From positions 3,968,001 to 4,032,000 of the forward strand of contig NC_086379.1 in NCBI RefSeq assembly GCF_036588685.1: a stretch of 64,000 bases of DNA, read 5' to 3'. This document shows, piece after piece, positions 1 to 13,485 of this stretch. Under the pieces are notes generated by a model. The model had not been told where the DNA came from. It did no database searches and saw only the letters and a program-made list of their open reading frames with translations. Positions within the stretch are counted from its first letter, which is position 1, and the number at the start of each line of letters is the position of its first letter. The stretch is from Mytilus trossulus (taxonomy: Eukaryota). The translations under genes were made by a program, and so were the position numbers.

Positions 1-3000
1 CGATGTCTTCTTTGAACACTGTCAAGTTTGCGATGTAACCAGTGCATGTTAAAATTATCCCATACATTCGTATCACTATGACATCCTTCGACGTGGTCTG
101 GTAAAATCGTGTTGAGTTTGGCACCAGCCTATTTTTACAATACCACTTCGGTTTGTGAGGACTTTGCATTGATAGAAACTTTGCAGATAATGTAACAGTT
201 GTATCCATTGTAATAGTTTTGTCAACTAGAACTGGTGGACCTAGATGAAAAATAAAACTTTACTAGTATTCTTTTTATTCAAATTGATTTGATCAGTTCT
301 TATGTTTAGTGTTTGTATTGAAATGGGAATCTAATCAGAATTTTACATGCACCCCATAATAATTCCGATTTAAGCAGAACCACAAATCTTTTTTTTTTTT
401 ATTTTGGACTTGAGATTCTATCTTGAACTGAAGTAAATGGTACGCGTTTACATGAACTAACATTCATTTAAACAGCTGAGGAATTCAAATTATTATACCT
501 TTTACGATTACACTAGTAGAACTGTTTAGACGGTATAGCTGTTGAGAGTCTTGGTTCCATGCTCCACAAATGTATTCACCGTTGTCCTCATAATTACAAG
601 AATCGATTGACAAAAAGGAAATATTTCCTGTAATATTTCCTGAGAGAGATCGTATGTGTGTACCATGAAATATGTGCTCCCAAGGAGAAAATCTAAATTC
701 TGACAAGTCACCGCTGAATCGGCATGATAAAATGACTGAGTAAGTGTTGTTGCAGAAAACCATATCCATTGTTTCGAGAATTGGAGCTCCTGAAATATGG
801 TTTTTAGTGATATTACCTGTAGCATAGTGAACATACACGTTCAATAATCCTCACATTGCAGTGAGTTTTCAGATCTAAAGAATCTTTGTAAAATTGAGAC
901 TTGAAAATCCTATGATGACCAGGTTATACGAAAATCCAAGATTCGTCCAATTGCAGTTCTTATTCTTACGATCAATGACGATATCACTACTAATTTGATT
1001 TTAGTAGTTTTGATCATAACGTCATTTGAAACCTCTGACCAATGACTTAATCAGTCATGTTCAGTGTTTCTGTCAACTCTCAGACTTATTCATTGCAGTA
1101 AAGTGAGCAGTGTTCAGACAAAATAACTTGCAATCAATTCAGTATTGTTTAGTTGTTTATCAAATAATTTAGTACAAGTCCATACCATTTACTAGAAAGT
1201 TTTGAATACATACTAAACAGATCGCAATTTATTACAATCGAATTGTCTGAACGGTCCTGATTTGATAGTATCAAATAAATCTGAAAATTAACCGAAATAC
1301 TAAAAATTAACTAAATAGTTTATTTAATGCAGTTTTAAAAGAGATGTTCCGATCAAAATAAACGTTTCACTTATAAAAAAAATGGGTTTCTAGCTATATT
1401 TAATAGGATTTTCCAGTCGGTATCTTTGTTTACCTAAGTTTATCTATACTTTGTGAATGAAATGTAAGGTTAATAATAAGGAAAGATTAGTTCATTGTTA
1501 CATTGCAGTGTAAACGATGAAAGAGATGAAATTAAATTTGCTATGTTTATTTGAACAGGTATATTTAAGCTCGTTTTAAACACATATCAGTTCAAATTCG
1601 TACAAGTGCAAAAGGGGACTAATATTTAAGCATTGTATAACTAATGGTTAGACAGACATATAAAAATAAGAATAACCAAAATAAAGACATCTTTTAAAGA
1701 TGGAGGAGAAGCAGTGGCAAATTTGTACAAAGTAGTAAAGTGGACGAAACGTATTAACGATTATGTATATATATATCCCTTCATTTATTCTTATATGCAT
1801 TCATATACAATGTATAAAAGATCAATATAAATCTTACTGCTAATACAAAAATTATCAATTGTATACTTACTTATTATATGTAGTTTAATCGACGTTGAGC
1901 TGGTAATGACACTTGATGATTTACATGTACAGAATGTTCCGTTATCTGAAGAATTCACTCTTTTTGAAAGTTTAGCAACGTATGTACCATTATAACTCCT
2001 GCTTGTTATTACAAATTCATTAAGACAACTCAAATGCAATTCGAGTACATGAACTCTGGAAGTACTTTTACATGTCAATTCAACAACACTACCAGCAAAT
2101 AATGGAAAGTCTTTATCAGATGTTATAACAGGACCAATGATATCTGCAAACGGAGATCAAACTTATACAGTCAAAAGAATCAAAATATTTGCATTTTATA
2201 TAGTTGACATTGATTCGTTTACACAAGTGAAAATGAGGCTCGGTTGAGAACAAAACCTTACGACAAAATAGACGATTGTGCTTCCCAATTGTGACCTTTA
2301 CACTTCTGTAAAGCAACATTCCAGCAGCACCGGCATATGGAGTATATATCTCCCGGTTGTTACGAACTTCCAGGTCTTGCATTTCCTATCTTTATTTTCA
2401 TGATAGATGATAGCTGTTCTCATTTGTAATCACAATCCCATTTTTATTATCTTGAAAATTTCCTATACTTATCACCGGGTTTGTACTTAAATTAGCATAG
2501 TGTGTTTTTTGTTGTTCTGCTACACAACTGTCCCTGTTAAAGAAGAGATTTAAGCGCTAATTTTGTTATGTACTTATTGATTATCCACAGTCAGAATGTA
2601 ATTCTGTATACGTAGTTGTAACATATGAACAATTTCTGAATACCCTTCAACAGCACTAGGGCAATGTCGGATTTTGACGGAGTTCGTGTATTTCAACCTG
2701 TATTTTTGAAGACTTTTTTAATTCATTTTTATTTCTTACAATGACGTGTCAGATTTTATTTGAGTTATGAATTTTAATATCCCCTATTCAAACGGTTTCA
2801 TTTTTTGTCATGCATTGTCCCTTAACATATGTATGAGCTTTGCTTATTGTTGAAAACCGTGTAGTGCCCTACACATTTTTGTTCTCTGGTCTCTTATTGA
2901 TTTTTGCTTTGCTACATATTCATCATTCATACGTACCAACTACAGTCACAAAATGACAATCTGATAGTGTACCAACGATCTTGAAATCCATAGAACATTT

Positions 3001-5452
3001 AAACTGTAGGACTCCACTAGTTAACTCTGCATCATATTGTAATACAAAACTTCTGCCATCTGACAGACACTGACACACAACATTCTGGCACATTGACGAA
3101 TCTAGGCTTGAGAGGCAACCATTTGCGTTTTTATATATTCTTGTATAAAGCTGATTGTTTACATGAAAATAAATTGACGAATCTTTGGAGTCTGTATTCG
3201 AGGTACAAAACAATAGTATCTTTTGTTGGATTTGGACATATTTAGGTCCAGTGACAGTAACTTTTATTTGTTCTTTTAAACCTAAAATAAGATTGATTAT
3301 GTTTATGTCGTACGCTATATTAATTGTGGATTGTTTATTTGAGTAGTGCGTATTGTTATGAAAAATGTCCAAGTAATAAAAGTCTCATAATAGTTAACTG
3401 CTAGTACTGACATCAGAATCGGACTTCTCTTGAACTGAATTTTAATGTGCGTATTGTTATGCCTTTACTTTTCTACATTAGCTAGATGTATCGGCGGTGG
3501 GGGTGGGGTTGGGTTGGGGTTTGAAATATCATAAACATGTTTAACCCCTCCACAATTTCCCGCCTGTTCCAAGTCAGTACCTTCTGGCCTTTGTTAGTCT
3601 TGTATTATTTTGATTTTTTTTCGTATGTACAATTTAGAGTTTAGTATGGTGTTCATTATCACTGAACTAGTATATATTTGTTTAGGGGCCAACAGAAGGA
3701 CACCCCCGGGTGCGGGAATTTCTCGCTACATTAAAGACCTGTTGGTGACCTTTTGCTGTTGTTTTTTTCTATGGTCGGGTTGTTATCTTTGACACATTTA
3801 TTGATAAAAATATAGGTTTTAACCATCGAATATAAAACATAAAACACCCTTTCTCTATTGCTTTTATTTTGGTTTGGGTTGTGAATATTTCTATCTTTAA
3901 ATAATTATCTACCAATCATGTGCAATTTCGACATTTTTCACTAGATTGCTCGATGAAAAGTAGTCAATAGTATCTAAACAGCGAAAAAGGAAAATCTTGA
4001 AACCAAAATTTCAAAATGGATGATTTCAAACTTTTTAACTCTGTATTAAAATAAAATCTTTAGTTTATTTAATTCAGGCTTAACTTGACACATAATCATA
4101 CCCTAAACTTGTAAAATATATACAATACGTATTGAAATTGTTGCTTACGTCATAAAATAGTATTAATATGCACTTATGAGAAGTAAACTTATACCTATAC
4201 GTTTCGGCACTGCTACATTCACACTAACTTTATCAAGTGTAAATCCATGGTAGCAGCTCCATGTATCATTTAAAGGAAGGTTATTAAGGGCTCGATTCAC
4301 AACATATACTGTTTCACCGGATGTTATGTCTTGTGTTATACTGTTCATGTGCTCACTTGCGTGGCACTGTGTCGTTGTGTTTGGGACCGGGCAGTAGGCT
4401 ACCTCTTCACCAGATGGATTACAAAATACGACAGGTAAGTATAAATCATCTGTTTTACACGCTATTCTTAGCTGATCCTTGTATAAACTCCAGCTTATGC
4501 ACACATTTCCATGGATTTGGCAAGTATCTGTTTAAAAGAAATATCACATTAGTCTTGAAAAAAAACAAGAAACCTTGTAGTATGTGTTTAATGAAAGCTA
4601 AAACAAAGTACACGTTATTCTGACTCCGAGTCAGATGCTTTAGTTTAACCAAATTCCGTTGTTTTATGGTCGAGAGATTATACTCAAGATCATCTACACA
4701 CGATGTATATAAGATGCCGAAAGATAATTTGTTGGATATATTAAACTGTGTTTACGAGTAGTTTGTCTTTTTCATTTTTAGCAATGGCGTTGTCAGTTTA
4801 ATTAGTTTCGATTTTTGAGTTTGACCTTCCCTATGGTATCTTTCGTCCCTCTTTTTGAACTTTTTACGACGAAATGATTTGATTGGCGTAAATTCAGTTT
4901 TGTACCGCTCCATATTGATCCATATTCAACGCTAAATAAAAAGATAAAGACAGCAGGAATCAACCTATCAACATGGCAATAAACGTTGTTTAAGTTTAAA
5001 ACATTGCTAACATCATACTTTAAAAGCTTTAGGAATATCAAAATAGACGATAAAGAACGCAGATTATTATGTGAATGCTTCATGATCTACAAGAGTAGCA
5101 TGCCATGAACTAGTTGTACAAACACACGATAAACGAATGTGAACCAATAAGTACAAAACGATAAACAGTTTCTAAACCACATTTATGGCCTTTTTGTCTT
5201 CTTGAGTTCAGCTTCACTAATTTTGTAGACGAAATGCATGACTGCCAATCAAAATTTTATTTCTACAACCTATTATGAGTTTATCAAATGAAGATACAAC
5301 TTCTGAAGATTAAGAATTCATTGTTCTGTAGTATTGTTAATATTGATAGTATAATCTCAAAGGATAAACCCCTAGCTTTTTTTAATGTTTTACAGCCAAA
5401 TTTTTCACTTACATTCAAGCAGAATAAATGTATATAATATATAAATATCCAT
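1..5452 (-). CDS. Gene A: multi-exon Ig-like-domain cell-surface protein (signal peptide, D1-D5); 3' part runs off the window start
   Basis: Exons 5413-5452 (MDIYILYTFILLE), 4195-4527, 2937-3281, 1871-2143, 499-789 and <1-240 all have AG/GT boundaries, phase-1 junctions and a continuous frame. Exon sizes 40/345/273/291 equal those of gene B. D4 contains the Ig motif DNGEYIC. Confidence 0.85.
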
Positions 5453-6251
5453 GATGTCCCTAGTTTGAAAAAAATATTCTGCAATTCTATGTCTGAAAGC
5501 CCAGTTTCCTATTTCCTGATTTGTTGCCATCTATCCGAGAGCAATTGTATTTTTTTATGAGTAATTTGTATTAAAATTTCATCCGGATATAGCGAAAATA
5601 AAAAAAAATAATGTATTCGGAGGAAGTAGGAAATATATAATATATAGTTAATGTGCAACATTTGAAGCATCTGCACATTGAAAATTAAATTATCGAATAT
5701 ATTGAATTATTAGATATTTTATAATCCTGGTACCTTTGATAACTATTATTTTAGAATGTAGTTAACATCAGTTTAAATATGTTTCAATTTGCTCCATGAA
5801 GCAAAATCGACCCATTGATTATAAGAAAAAGAAGATGTAGTATGATTGCCAATGAGACAATCTTTCACCATTCAGCCTTATTTTGATGTTATTATATGAG
5901 AAAAAAAATAACCAGATAAAACTATAATATTTTATAAAATGTAGGTGTAATAGCCCCTTTGATTTCCCCTTCTCAGTCTTTCATTTTGTCTTTGTTAAAT
6001 TGCGCTTTTAAATTTTGTTGAATTTATCTTTGGTACATGCAAAATATCACTGAAATTTCATGAAGATGATTTGCATATATATATATGTGTGGTCTAGCGG
6101 GACGGCTGCAGTGCAGGCGATTTGGTGTCACGATATCACAGTAGCATGGGTTCGAATCCCGGCGAGGGAAGAACCAAAAATTTGCGAAAGCAAATTTACA
6201 GATCTAACATTGTTGGGTTGATGTTTAGACGAGTTGTATATATATATATAT

Positions 6252-7011
6252 ATATAAACGAGTCTAAATTGAAAACTACGTTCAAACCTATGACTGCGTT
6301 GGATAAAAACCGCAATTTTTATACGTGTGCATGTCAAACAAATTTCGTTGTAGAAGGGTCTAAAAACAGCACAAACAACATTTTCCAAAAGACCAAAAGA
6401 GTGAAAAAGTATATTTAAACAAAACGCATTTGACTAACAGGTCGAACAACTGATGTTCTTTAACCCTGCTGACTGCCATTATCGATTGCCAAATAAAATT
6501 GATCACAAGATGTAACAAAATGGATTCTCATATAAATTTAATACGTCACAGAAAGAAAAAAAAATGTTAACTTGTGGACAGGATGTTGTGCCACAAACAT
6601 TCGGTGTCAATATTTCTTTAGTACACCATATCCGGATATCGACAATAAATGTCTCTTCAGTGATGTTAGGGATCGAAACGGTATTTGGAAGGCCAAATCA
6701 AAAGTACCCTCATTTTCAGAGAAAGTACCCTCATTTTTAGATTAACTCTTGAATTTTAAGAGTCAATATATAGGATGAACGGATCATATAAACCGGAGGG
6801 AAAATATGATACATGCCCAAACAAAAAATATAAACGAGTCTAAATTGAAAACTACGTTCAAACCTATGACTGCGTTGGATAAAAACCGCAATTTTTATAC
6901 GTGTGCATGTCAAACAAATTTCGTTGTAGAAGGGTCTAAAAACAGCACAAACAACATTTTCCAAAAGACCAAAAGAGTGAAAAAGTATATTTAAACAAAA
7001 CGCATTTGACT
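6252..7011. repeat. Direct repeat with ~576-bp spacing (~180 bp duplicated: 6252-6433 and 6828-7011)
   Basis: The AAACGAGTCTAAATTGAAAAC...CGCATTTGACT block occurs twice; the intervening part holds the mutated hammerhead. Confidence 0.85.
6623..6666 (-). ncRNA. Hammerhead motif of a second family with a mutated core (probably inactive)
   Basis: Minus strand reads acatca-CTGAAGA-gac(atttatt)gtc-GATA-t(ccgg)a-TA-tggtgt. All helices pair, but GAAA has become GATA. Confidence 0.6.
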
Positions 7012-7019
7012 ATATATAC

Positions 7020-7446
7020 ATAAGTACGTCTGAGTCAGGTGAGCCCAGGTGGTCGTGTGGTCTAGCGGGACGGCTGCAGTGCAGGCGATTTGGTGTCACG
7101 ATATCACAGTAGCATGGGTTCGAATCCCGGCGAGGGAAGAACAAAAAATTTGCGAAAGCAAATTTACAGATCTAACATTGTTGGGTTGATGTTTAGACGA
7201 GTTGTATATAGCGGGACGGCTGCAGTGCAGGCGATTTGGTGTCACGATATCACAGTAGCATGGGTTCGAATCCCGGCGAGGGAAGAACCAAAAATTTGCG
7301 AAAGCAAATTTACAGATCTAACATTGTTGGGTTGATGTTTAGACGAGTTGTATATACATTATGTACACAGCCATGTATCACCATCATTGATGGCGATCCG
7401 ATGGATACATCTGTTGTAGGGTTGTCACTGACTCAGACGTACTTAT
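7020..7446 (+). mobile_element. TIR-bounded element carrying two tandem tRNA-derived (SINE-like) units; a third partial unit lies at 6087-6240
   Basis: 19-bp inverted repeats ATAAGTACGTCTGAGTCAG (7020-7038) and its complement (7428-7446). Pol III A-box-like TGGTCGTGTGG and B-box GGTTCGAATCC. Sits in a (TA)n context. Confidence 0.7.
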
Positions 7447-7590
7447 ATATATATATATAAAAAAAAAATCTCCTATGAAATGATGATGGATATGAACTTC
7501 AAATCGGAAATCCCCTTATCAAATTGCAAAATCAAACGAATAGAAAACAACTGTCATATTCCTGACTTTTTAATCGATGGAAAACTTTCA

Positions 7591-7800
7591 ATAGATATAG
7601 GAAGATGTGGTGTGAGTGCCAATGATACAACTCTCCATCCAAATAACAATTTAAAAAGTAAACCATTATAGGTTAAAGTACGGCCTTCAACACGGAGCCT
7701 TGGCTCACACCGAACAACAAGCTATAAAGGGCCCCAAAATTACTAGTTTAAAACCATTCAAATGGGAAAACCAACGGTCTAATCTATATAAACAAAAGTC
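7591..7800 (+). repeat. Dispersed short repeat family (GATATAGGAAGATGTGGTGTGAGTGCCAATGA...)
   Basis: Near-identical copies at ~7591, ~16787 and ~27446, with many diverged copies on both strands. Confidence 0.75.
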
Positions 7801-8768
7801 ATCTAACTATCATTTAGGTGACCAGGCCATAATATGTATAAATAAAGGCAAAAGTAGTATACCGCTGTTCAAAACTCACAAATCCATGGACAAAAAAACT
7901 AAATCGAGGTAACAAACTAAAACTGGGGGGAAACGCATTACATACAATAGGAGAACAACGACACAATATTCAAATGTAACACACACAGAAACGGACTAAG
8001 CATTAAACAAAATCATATGAGAATAACAAATATAACATCAAAACCAAATACATGAATTTGGGATAGATAAGTACCGTGACACGTCTTATAATAATGTGAA
8101 TTCATTCTCAAGAATAAGAGAAAACATATGACACAACGAAAAAACAACGTTAAATGTAGCACACACAGAGACTAACTATAATATAACAATTGCCATATTC
8201 CTGACTTGGAACAGGACATTTTTTAAAGAAAAAATGGTGGGTTGAACCTGGTTTTGCGGCATGCCAAACCTTCTTCTTTTATTGCCATTTGAAATATAAC
8301 ATTAAAATGACAACACAACATTATAGGACTACAATGTAAAAAAATAGGAGAACACAAAAGAAACATACGAATAATAGCTAACAAAAGGCAACAAATTTAA
8401 AATTTAAGTACGCCAGAAGTGTATTTTGTCCACACAAGACTTACAAGTGACGCCCAGATACAAAAGTGTGAAAGCCGAAACAAGTACAGAGTTGAACAGC
8501 ATCGACGACCAAAAGTTCAAAAAAGTTATACCAATGCTAATACAAATGCGTACATAATATCCACTGACTTATTATGCTAGTGGTCCCTGTTAACAAAACC
8601 TTACTTTATCGCCGCCGACACCACTGGAAAGGAGACTCCATTACCTCGCACAGGCGACACAATAAAAACAACATTTGTAACAACGATCATCGATTTGCCA
8701 TATCTAAAACGCGCTAGAACTATGATATTGTATCAAAAATTTTCCTAGTAAACACATTAAATGTTCAT

Positions 8769-9285
8769 ATAAAATTGAGAATGGAAATGGGGAATGTGTC
8801 AAAGAGACAACAACCCGACCAAATAAAAAAACAACAGCAGAAGGTCACTAACAGGTCTTCAATGTAGCGAGAAATTCCCGCATCCGGAGGCATCCCTCAG
8901 CTGGCCCCTTAAAAAATATATACTAGTTCAGTGATTATGAACGCCATACTAATTTCCAATTGTACACTAGAAACTAAAATTAAAATAATACAAGACTAAC
9001 AAAGGCTAGAGGCTCCTGACTTAGGACATTTTTGTGAGATCTCAACCCTCCTCCTATACCTTTAACCAATGTAGAAAAGTATACGCATAATAATACGCAC
9101 ATTAAAATTCAGTTCAAGAGAAGTCCGAGTCTGATGTCAGAATATGTAACCAAAGAAAATAAACAAAATGACAATAATACATAAATAACAACAGACAACT
9201 AGCAGTTGACTGACATGCCAGCTCCACACTTCAATTAAACTGATTGAAAGATTATGATTTCTTCATATAAACATCAGGCACAATG
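8769..9285 (+). repeat. Dispersed ~500-bp repeat family (other copies reversed at ~3390-3800 and ~31470-32010)
   Basis: AAAATTGAGAATGGAAATGGGGAATGTGTC...TTCAGTTCAAGAGAAGTCCG is shared among three loci. Confidence 0.8.
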
Positions 9286-9859
9286 TCTTGAATATGAACA
9301 TATTAAAATGAGTTTTAAAATTGAAAGTTTAAACCGAAAATTGGCACACATGCATCAAATTAATAAATTTTCGAGGTTCGAAAGATGCAAGGATATTTCA
9401 TAAGGTCATCCGGAATGTCTGTAGGGCTGTGGAAAATACTCAGCAACGTTTTGACTAGTATAAGGAAGTTAAACATATACAATGTGAAGAACGCAATGCA
9501 ACATTTAAACTATCAATCGATCATTCAACAATATTTACGACCAACCAACCAACAAATTTACCAATCAACCAATCAATTAACTGTGCATGCATTCATGCAG
9601 ATTTTGGAAGCCAATATGTTCAATATAAGATTCTTGGTCTTTATTTCTAGAGAACCAATCCAATGAATGTAACAAGTCAATCAGTCAAACAATCAATCAT
9701 CCACATAGCAGTCAATAAAGTTTCGAAGGGAAAATAATTTTGATAGTTTGTTTTTTTAATAATTGGTTTATATTAGTACTTTATTTTATACATATACATT
9801 TTGTACGTTAACTAATAGCATATAGCGTACTCGGGAAGATAATTTAGAAAAAAAACATG

Positions 9860-10790
9860 CTTCATAAAAAAGAATGGCCAACGCAGATTCAAGTATCTTG
9901 TCTTAGGGAGGAATAATTCCTACTTTGTAAAGGACCCCTCTGATTCTAACAAAAAATTCCCTGAATCTGATATTATCAAGATGCTTGATTTCTTGATTGA
10001 CAACATATTTGTTACGTTCGGAGGACGCGTTTTTCAACAGACTGTCGGCATACCAATGGACACAAACTGTGCCTCTCTACTAGCTGACTTTTTTCTTTAT
10101 TACTATGAGGCTGAATTCATACAGGAATTTCTTAGCAAATCCTTTATCTCTACTTTCCGCCATATAGATGATGTTCTTTTGCTAAATTATTCAAAATGGT
10201 GACTTTGTGGAACGCATCTGTCCCATTGAACAAGAGATAAAGGATACTACAGTAACAGTTCATATCTCGACTTACATTTAGAAATTGACAATAAGGGTCG
10301 ATTGAAAACAAAACTTTACGACAAAAGAGATGATTTCAGCTTTCCAATTGTGAACTTTCCATTTCTAAGTAGCAACATTCCAGCAGCAACTGCATACGGG
10401 GTATATATCTCCCAATTGATACGATATTCCCGTGCTTGCATTTCCCATCATGATTTTCTTGATAGAGGGTTGCTGCTCACAAGGAAGCTATTACACCAAG
10501 AGTTCCAAATGGTGAAGTTGAAATCATTCCTTCGTAAATTTTACGAGTTGGTTGACCGTTATGGAATAACCGTTTCAAAAATGATATCGGATATGTTCCT
10601 TACGTCGTAACTACTATCCTCTTCCCTTTCATGAATGTGACCTACCGAATAAGATTATTTACCGAATTTGTTATCACATAAGCATCACGACGGGTGCCAG
10701 ATGTGGAGCAGGATCTGCTTACTTTTCCGGAGCACCTGAGATCAGCCCTTGTATTTGGTGGGGTTCGTGTTGTTTATTCTTTTTTTTCTA
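9860..10790 (+). mobile_element. Penelope-like retroelement RT fragment with 3' tail (pseudogenised)
   Basis: NIFVTFGGRVFQQTVGIPM(D)TNCA, FRHIDD, TKLYDKRDDFSFPIVNFP and SQLIRYSRAC. Shorter related pieces at ~2230-2480 and ~45580-45900. Confidence 0.75.
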
Positions 10791-10916
10791 TGTTGTGTCA
10801 TGTGTAATTAATAGTGTTTGTCTTTTTGTCTTTTTCATTTTAGCCACTGCGTTGTCAGTTTGTTTTAGATTTATGAGTTTGACTGTCCTTTTTGGTATCT
10901 TTCGTCCCTCTTTTAC

Positions 10917-11563
10917 AGGGGCACTAGCTAAATATAAAAAAAATAAAACAAGATTTTTGATTTGTGGAATCAATAATGATAATATTATGGTGAAATAATC
11001 ATTCGCTTTTAGCAGCCAGTATGATCTTATTTTGTCATAATAAACATAGAAACAAGCAAGTGAATAATTCGATCTCATTGAATCCGTATTCATGTGAACT
11101 TCAATTTAATAACCCTTCGATATGGATAGTTAACTCTTGAATTGTATGCGTGTTTGATCGTGTAATGAAAAGAAGGTTAATATTGAAAGTGAAACAAAGA
11201 TAAACCGTTTGATTGACTGATCCGATCCCAAAAAAAAATCTCTCTTATACAGGTTAAAACGATGATTAAGATATACTTTTAATCTTTGAATACAATTAAA
11301 TAGACCTATAGGAATCTAATCGTACGATTTCCGATATATATGTTTATTATCGGGCATTGGTGGTCTTCTTGAGGTCTACTCGACGATGCATTTGATGAGT
11401 TCTAGTCTATAATACAAAAGAAACGAAGCTACGTTTTATTGAGACAATGACCTGTTAATTGCTCGTTTAAGACTTTTTCTAATTTAAATAAATGTTTTAC
11501 ATTTTTATAAAACAAATATTTAGAGTCACATCAGTGAACACAACTTTGGCAACCAGTGCCCCT
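10917..11563. mobile_element. Non-autonomous TIR element (MITE)
   Basis: Ends AGGGGCACTAG / CCAGTGCCCCT; the TSD is degenerate. Confidence 0.55.
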
Positions 11564-11847
11564 TTGAACTGTTCAAATAGATATATCATAAATACCAGGT
11601 GCGTTTTAACTAAGACGTAGGTGAAGTAATAGAACTAGGAAGTTGGAATCTTTCCAATAAGACATTCATTTAAACAGTTTGTAACTTCCTGTAATATGAC
11701 TCATATGTACAACACAATGTTAATGTATATAACTATAAGTTTTTTCTGTATTCCTTATTTTAGGGCCTCGTTGGTTGAAAAGTGTCTTAATTAATTGTTT
11801 GTGTAATCAACATATCTTTTATATTTCTTCGTTTAATAACGAGTATT

Positions 11848-13485
11848 AGACATTCACGGAAACTAGGTCTACACCGAGGATTATATCTTAGACTTACGAT
11901 TACATTTAAAAAAAAAACAAAGGGTCATCTCAAAATAAAAAAAATAAAATAAAAAAATAAAGATACATAGTAAAATGATTTATTTTATTATGTAAATAAG
12001 TCTTTGCGCTTTACGACGGCAGCGCATATGGTCACAACAGATGTTAATCGCTGTCTTGGATGTCTCCACAAAGTCCCCATAACTTTATACCTTTTTAATT
12101 CTCCGACTGCGTGTTCAACCTTAACTCTATAGTGGGTTATCAGTCTATTTAACTTTCCACATTTTCTCTGCATATTTCTAACAATTTGCTGTCTAGTATT
12201 TTGTTAAAGATATATGCATAACGTTCGACAAATTCTAAATTTAATAGACAAAAAACATAATTAAACTACCTGTCTTGCTCTAACAATCGTAATTCATTTA
12301 ATGAAGGTGCTTTTTTTTCTACGCACCCCTATTTTTCCACCAAAACAAATCTTTGTGTAACATTTTAAAAAAACAATTATATCGCGACTTAACTGCGCTT
12401 GCTTATAATTTTTATTATTGTATCGTCTTGAACACGCATGAAATATTTGTTACTGGAAATATGGCACACACTCAACGTTTCAACTGTTGTATGTTTGTAC
12501 TTTTTATCCTCTTAGAAAGTATGTTTTCATTCCTTTTTGTCAAATTTGTAGGGAAGAGGTTGTTAAAGTAAAAATATTAGAGACCAGGTTGACAAAAGAT
12601 CATCAAAATGTCCCTAGCCCATCTACTGCAACTGACAAAAGGGATAAGATGCTTGAGGATCTATCCTCTGAAGATGATAATAACGGGCCACTTAATCCAG
12701 AGCCGATAAAACCCTCAAAAATGCTACTCCGATACAAAATATAGAGCAGGAAGTACCAGAAGAGCCGAAACGAATGAGGAGGAAATGGAGCAACCGCAAG
12801 CTGTCAAGAGGGCCAAGCTACAAAAAAAAAATAAAAAAAAATGCCGCTCATGAATTTGATTAGAAAAAAACATGAGACCTACAGTTAATTTATTACCAAA
12901 AAGGTTCCGAAGTTGCTATGTACATGATGTAGGCTTAAGGTCTCTTCATCAGAGTCTGACGATGATGAATTATAGTTCAAATTCTATATTTAAAAGGTCG
13001 ACATAAATATTATCACCATGAGTTTTTTTCCTTTACTTTGAATGTTTATTGATAGAGGAAACGTAAACAAACTGTTTTCTCGATTGAGAAAAAGTTAAAG
13101 ATTATAAAAATTTACCGAAAGGGAAAGGAAATACAACGAAAAACATATTATATATACATGTAATTCTTAAACAACACCTTGTTGAATCTAATTCTCCTTT
13201 TAGGTCAATGTATGGCCTTCAACATATTTATACTTTTGAGTGGAATACTTAAACTATAGTTTAACACACCGAACAAAATTAAATATTTATTTAAATTATA
13301 GTTTCATGTTTTGCTTGAAAAACTTAATTGTTCGACATTTAAAATCACCATAAAAGAGATAGCATTGGTTTGGAACGACAGTTTTATTTATACTTTGAGA
13401 CGACCAAAGTTTAAATGTTACCTGTAACAGTGTAAGTGTAATCGTAATCCTAATCGTAGGTGTATGCGAGTTTCCGTAAAGGTCT
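11848..13485 (-). mobile_element. Internally deleted PIF/Harbinger-like DNA transposon
   Basis: Imperfect TIRs AGACATTCACGGAAACT...TTACGATTACA and their complement at ~13435-13485, with ATT on both flanks. Transposase C-terminal remnant RVKVEHAVGELKRY at 11988-12173. Acidic ORF remnants on the opposite strand at ~12570-12970. Confidence 0.7.

Noticed and set aside
4802-5083. Hydrophobic stretch LIPAVFIFLFSV as gene A signal-peptide exon
   Set aside because: No nearby in-frame ATG; 5413-5452 is a better exon (GTAAGT donor, same size as and homologous to gene B exon 1).
7043-7138. Possible tRNA gene
   Set aside because: A and B boxes are present, but the A-B spacing is long, there is no clean acceptor/anticodon cloverleaf, and it is embedded in tandem repeat units. 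Treated as SINE-like.
6122-7460. Repeated ORFs MVSRYHSSMGSNPGEG... and MENVVCAVF...
   Set aside because: Chance translations of the tRNA-derived and duplicated repeats; no splice or domain support.
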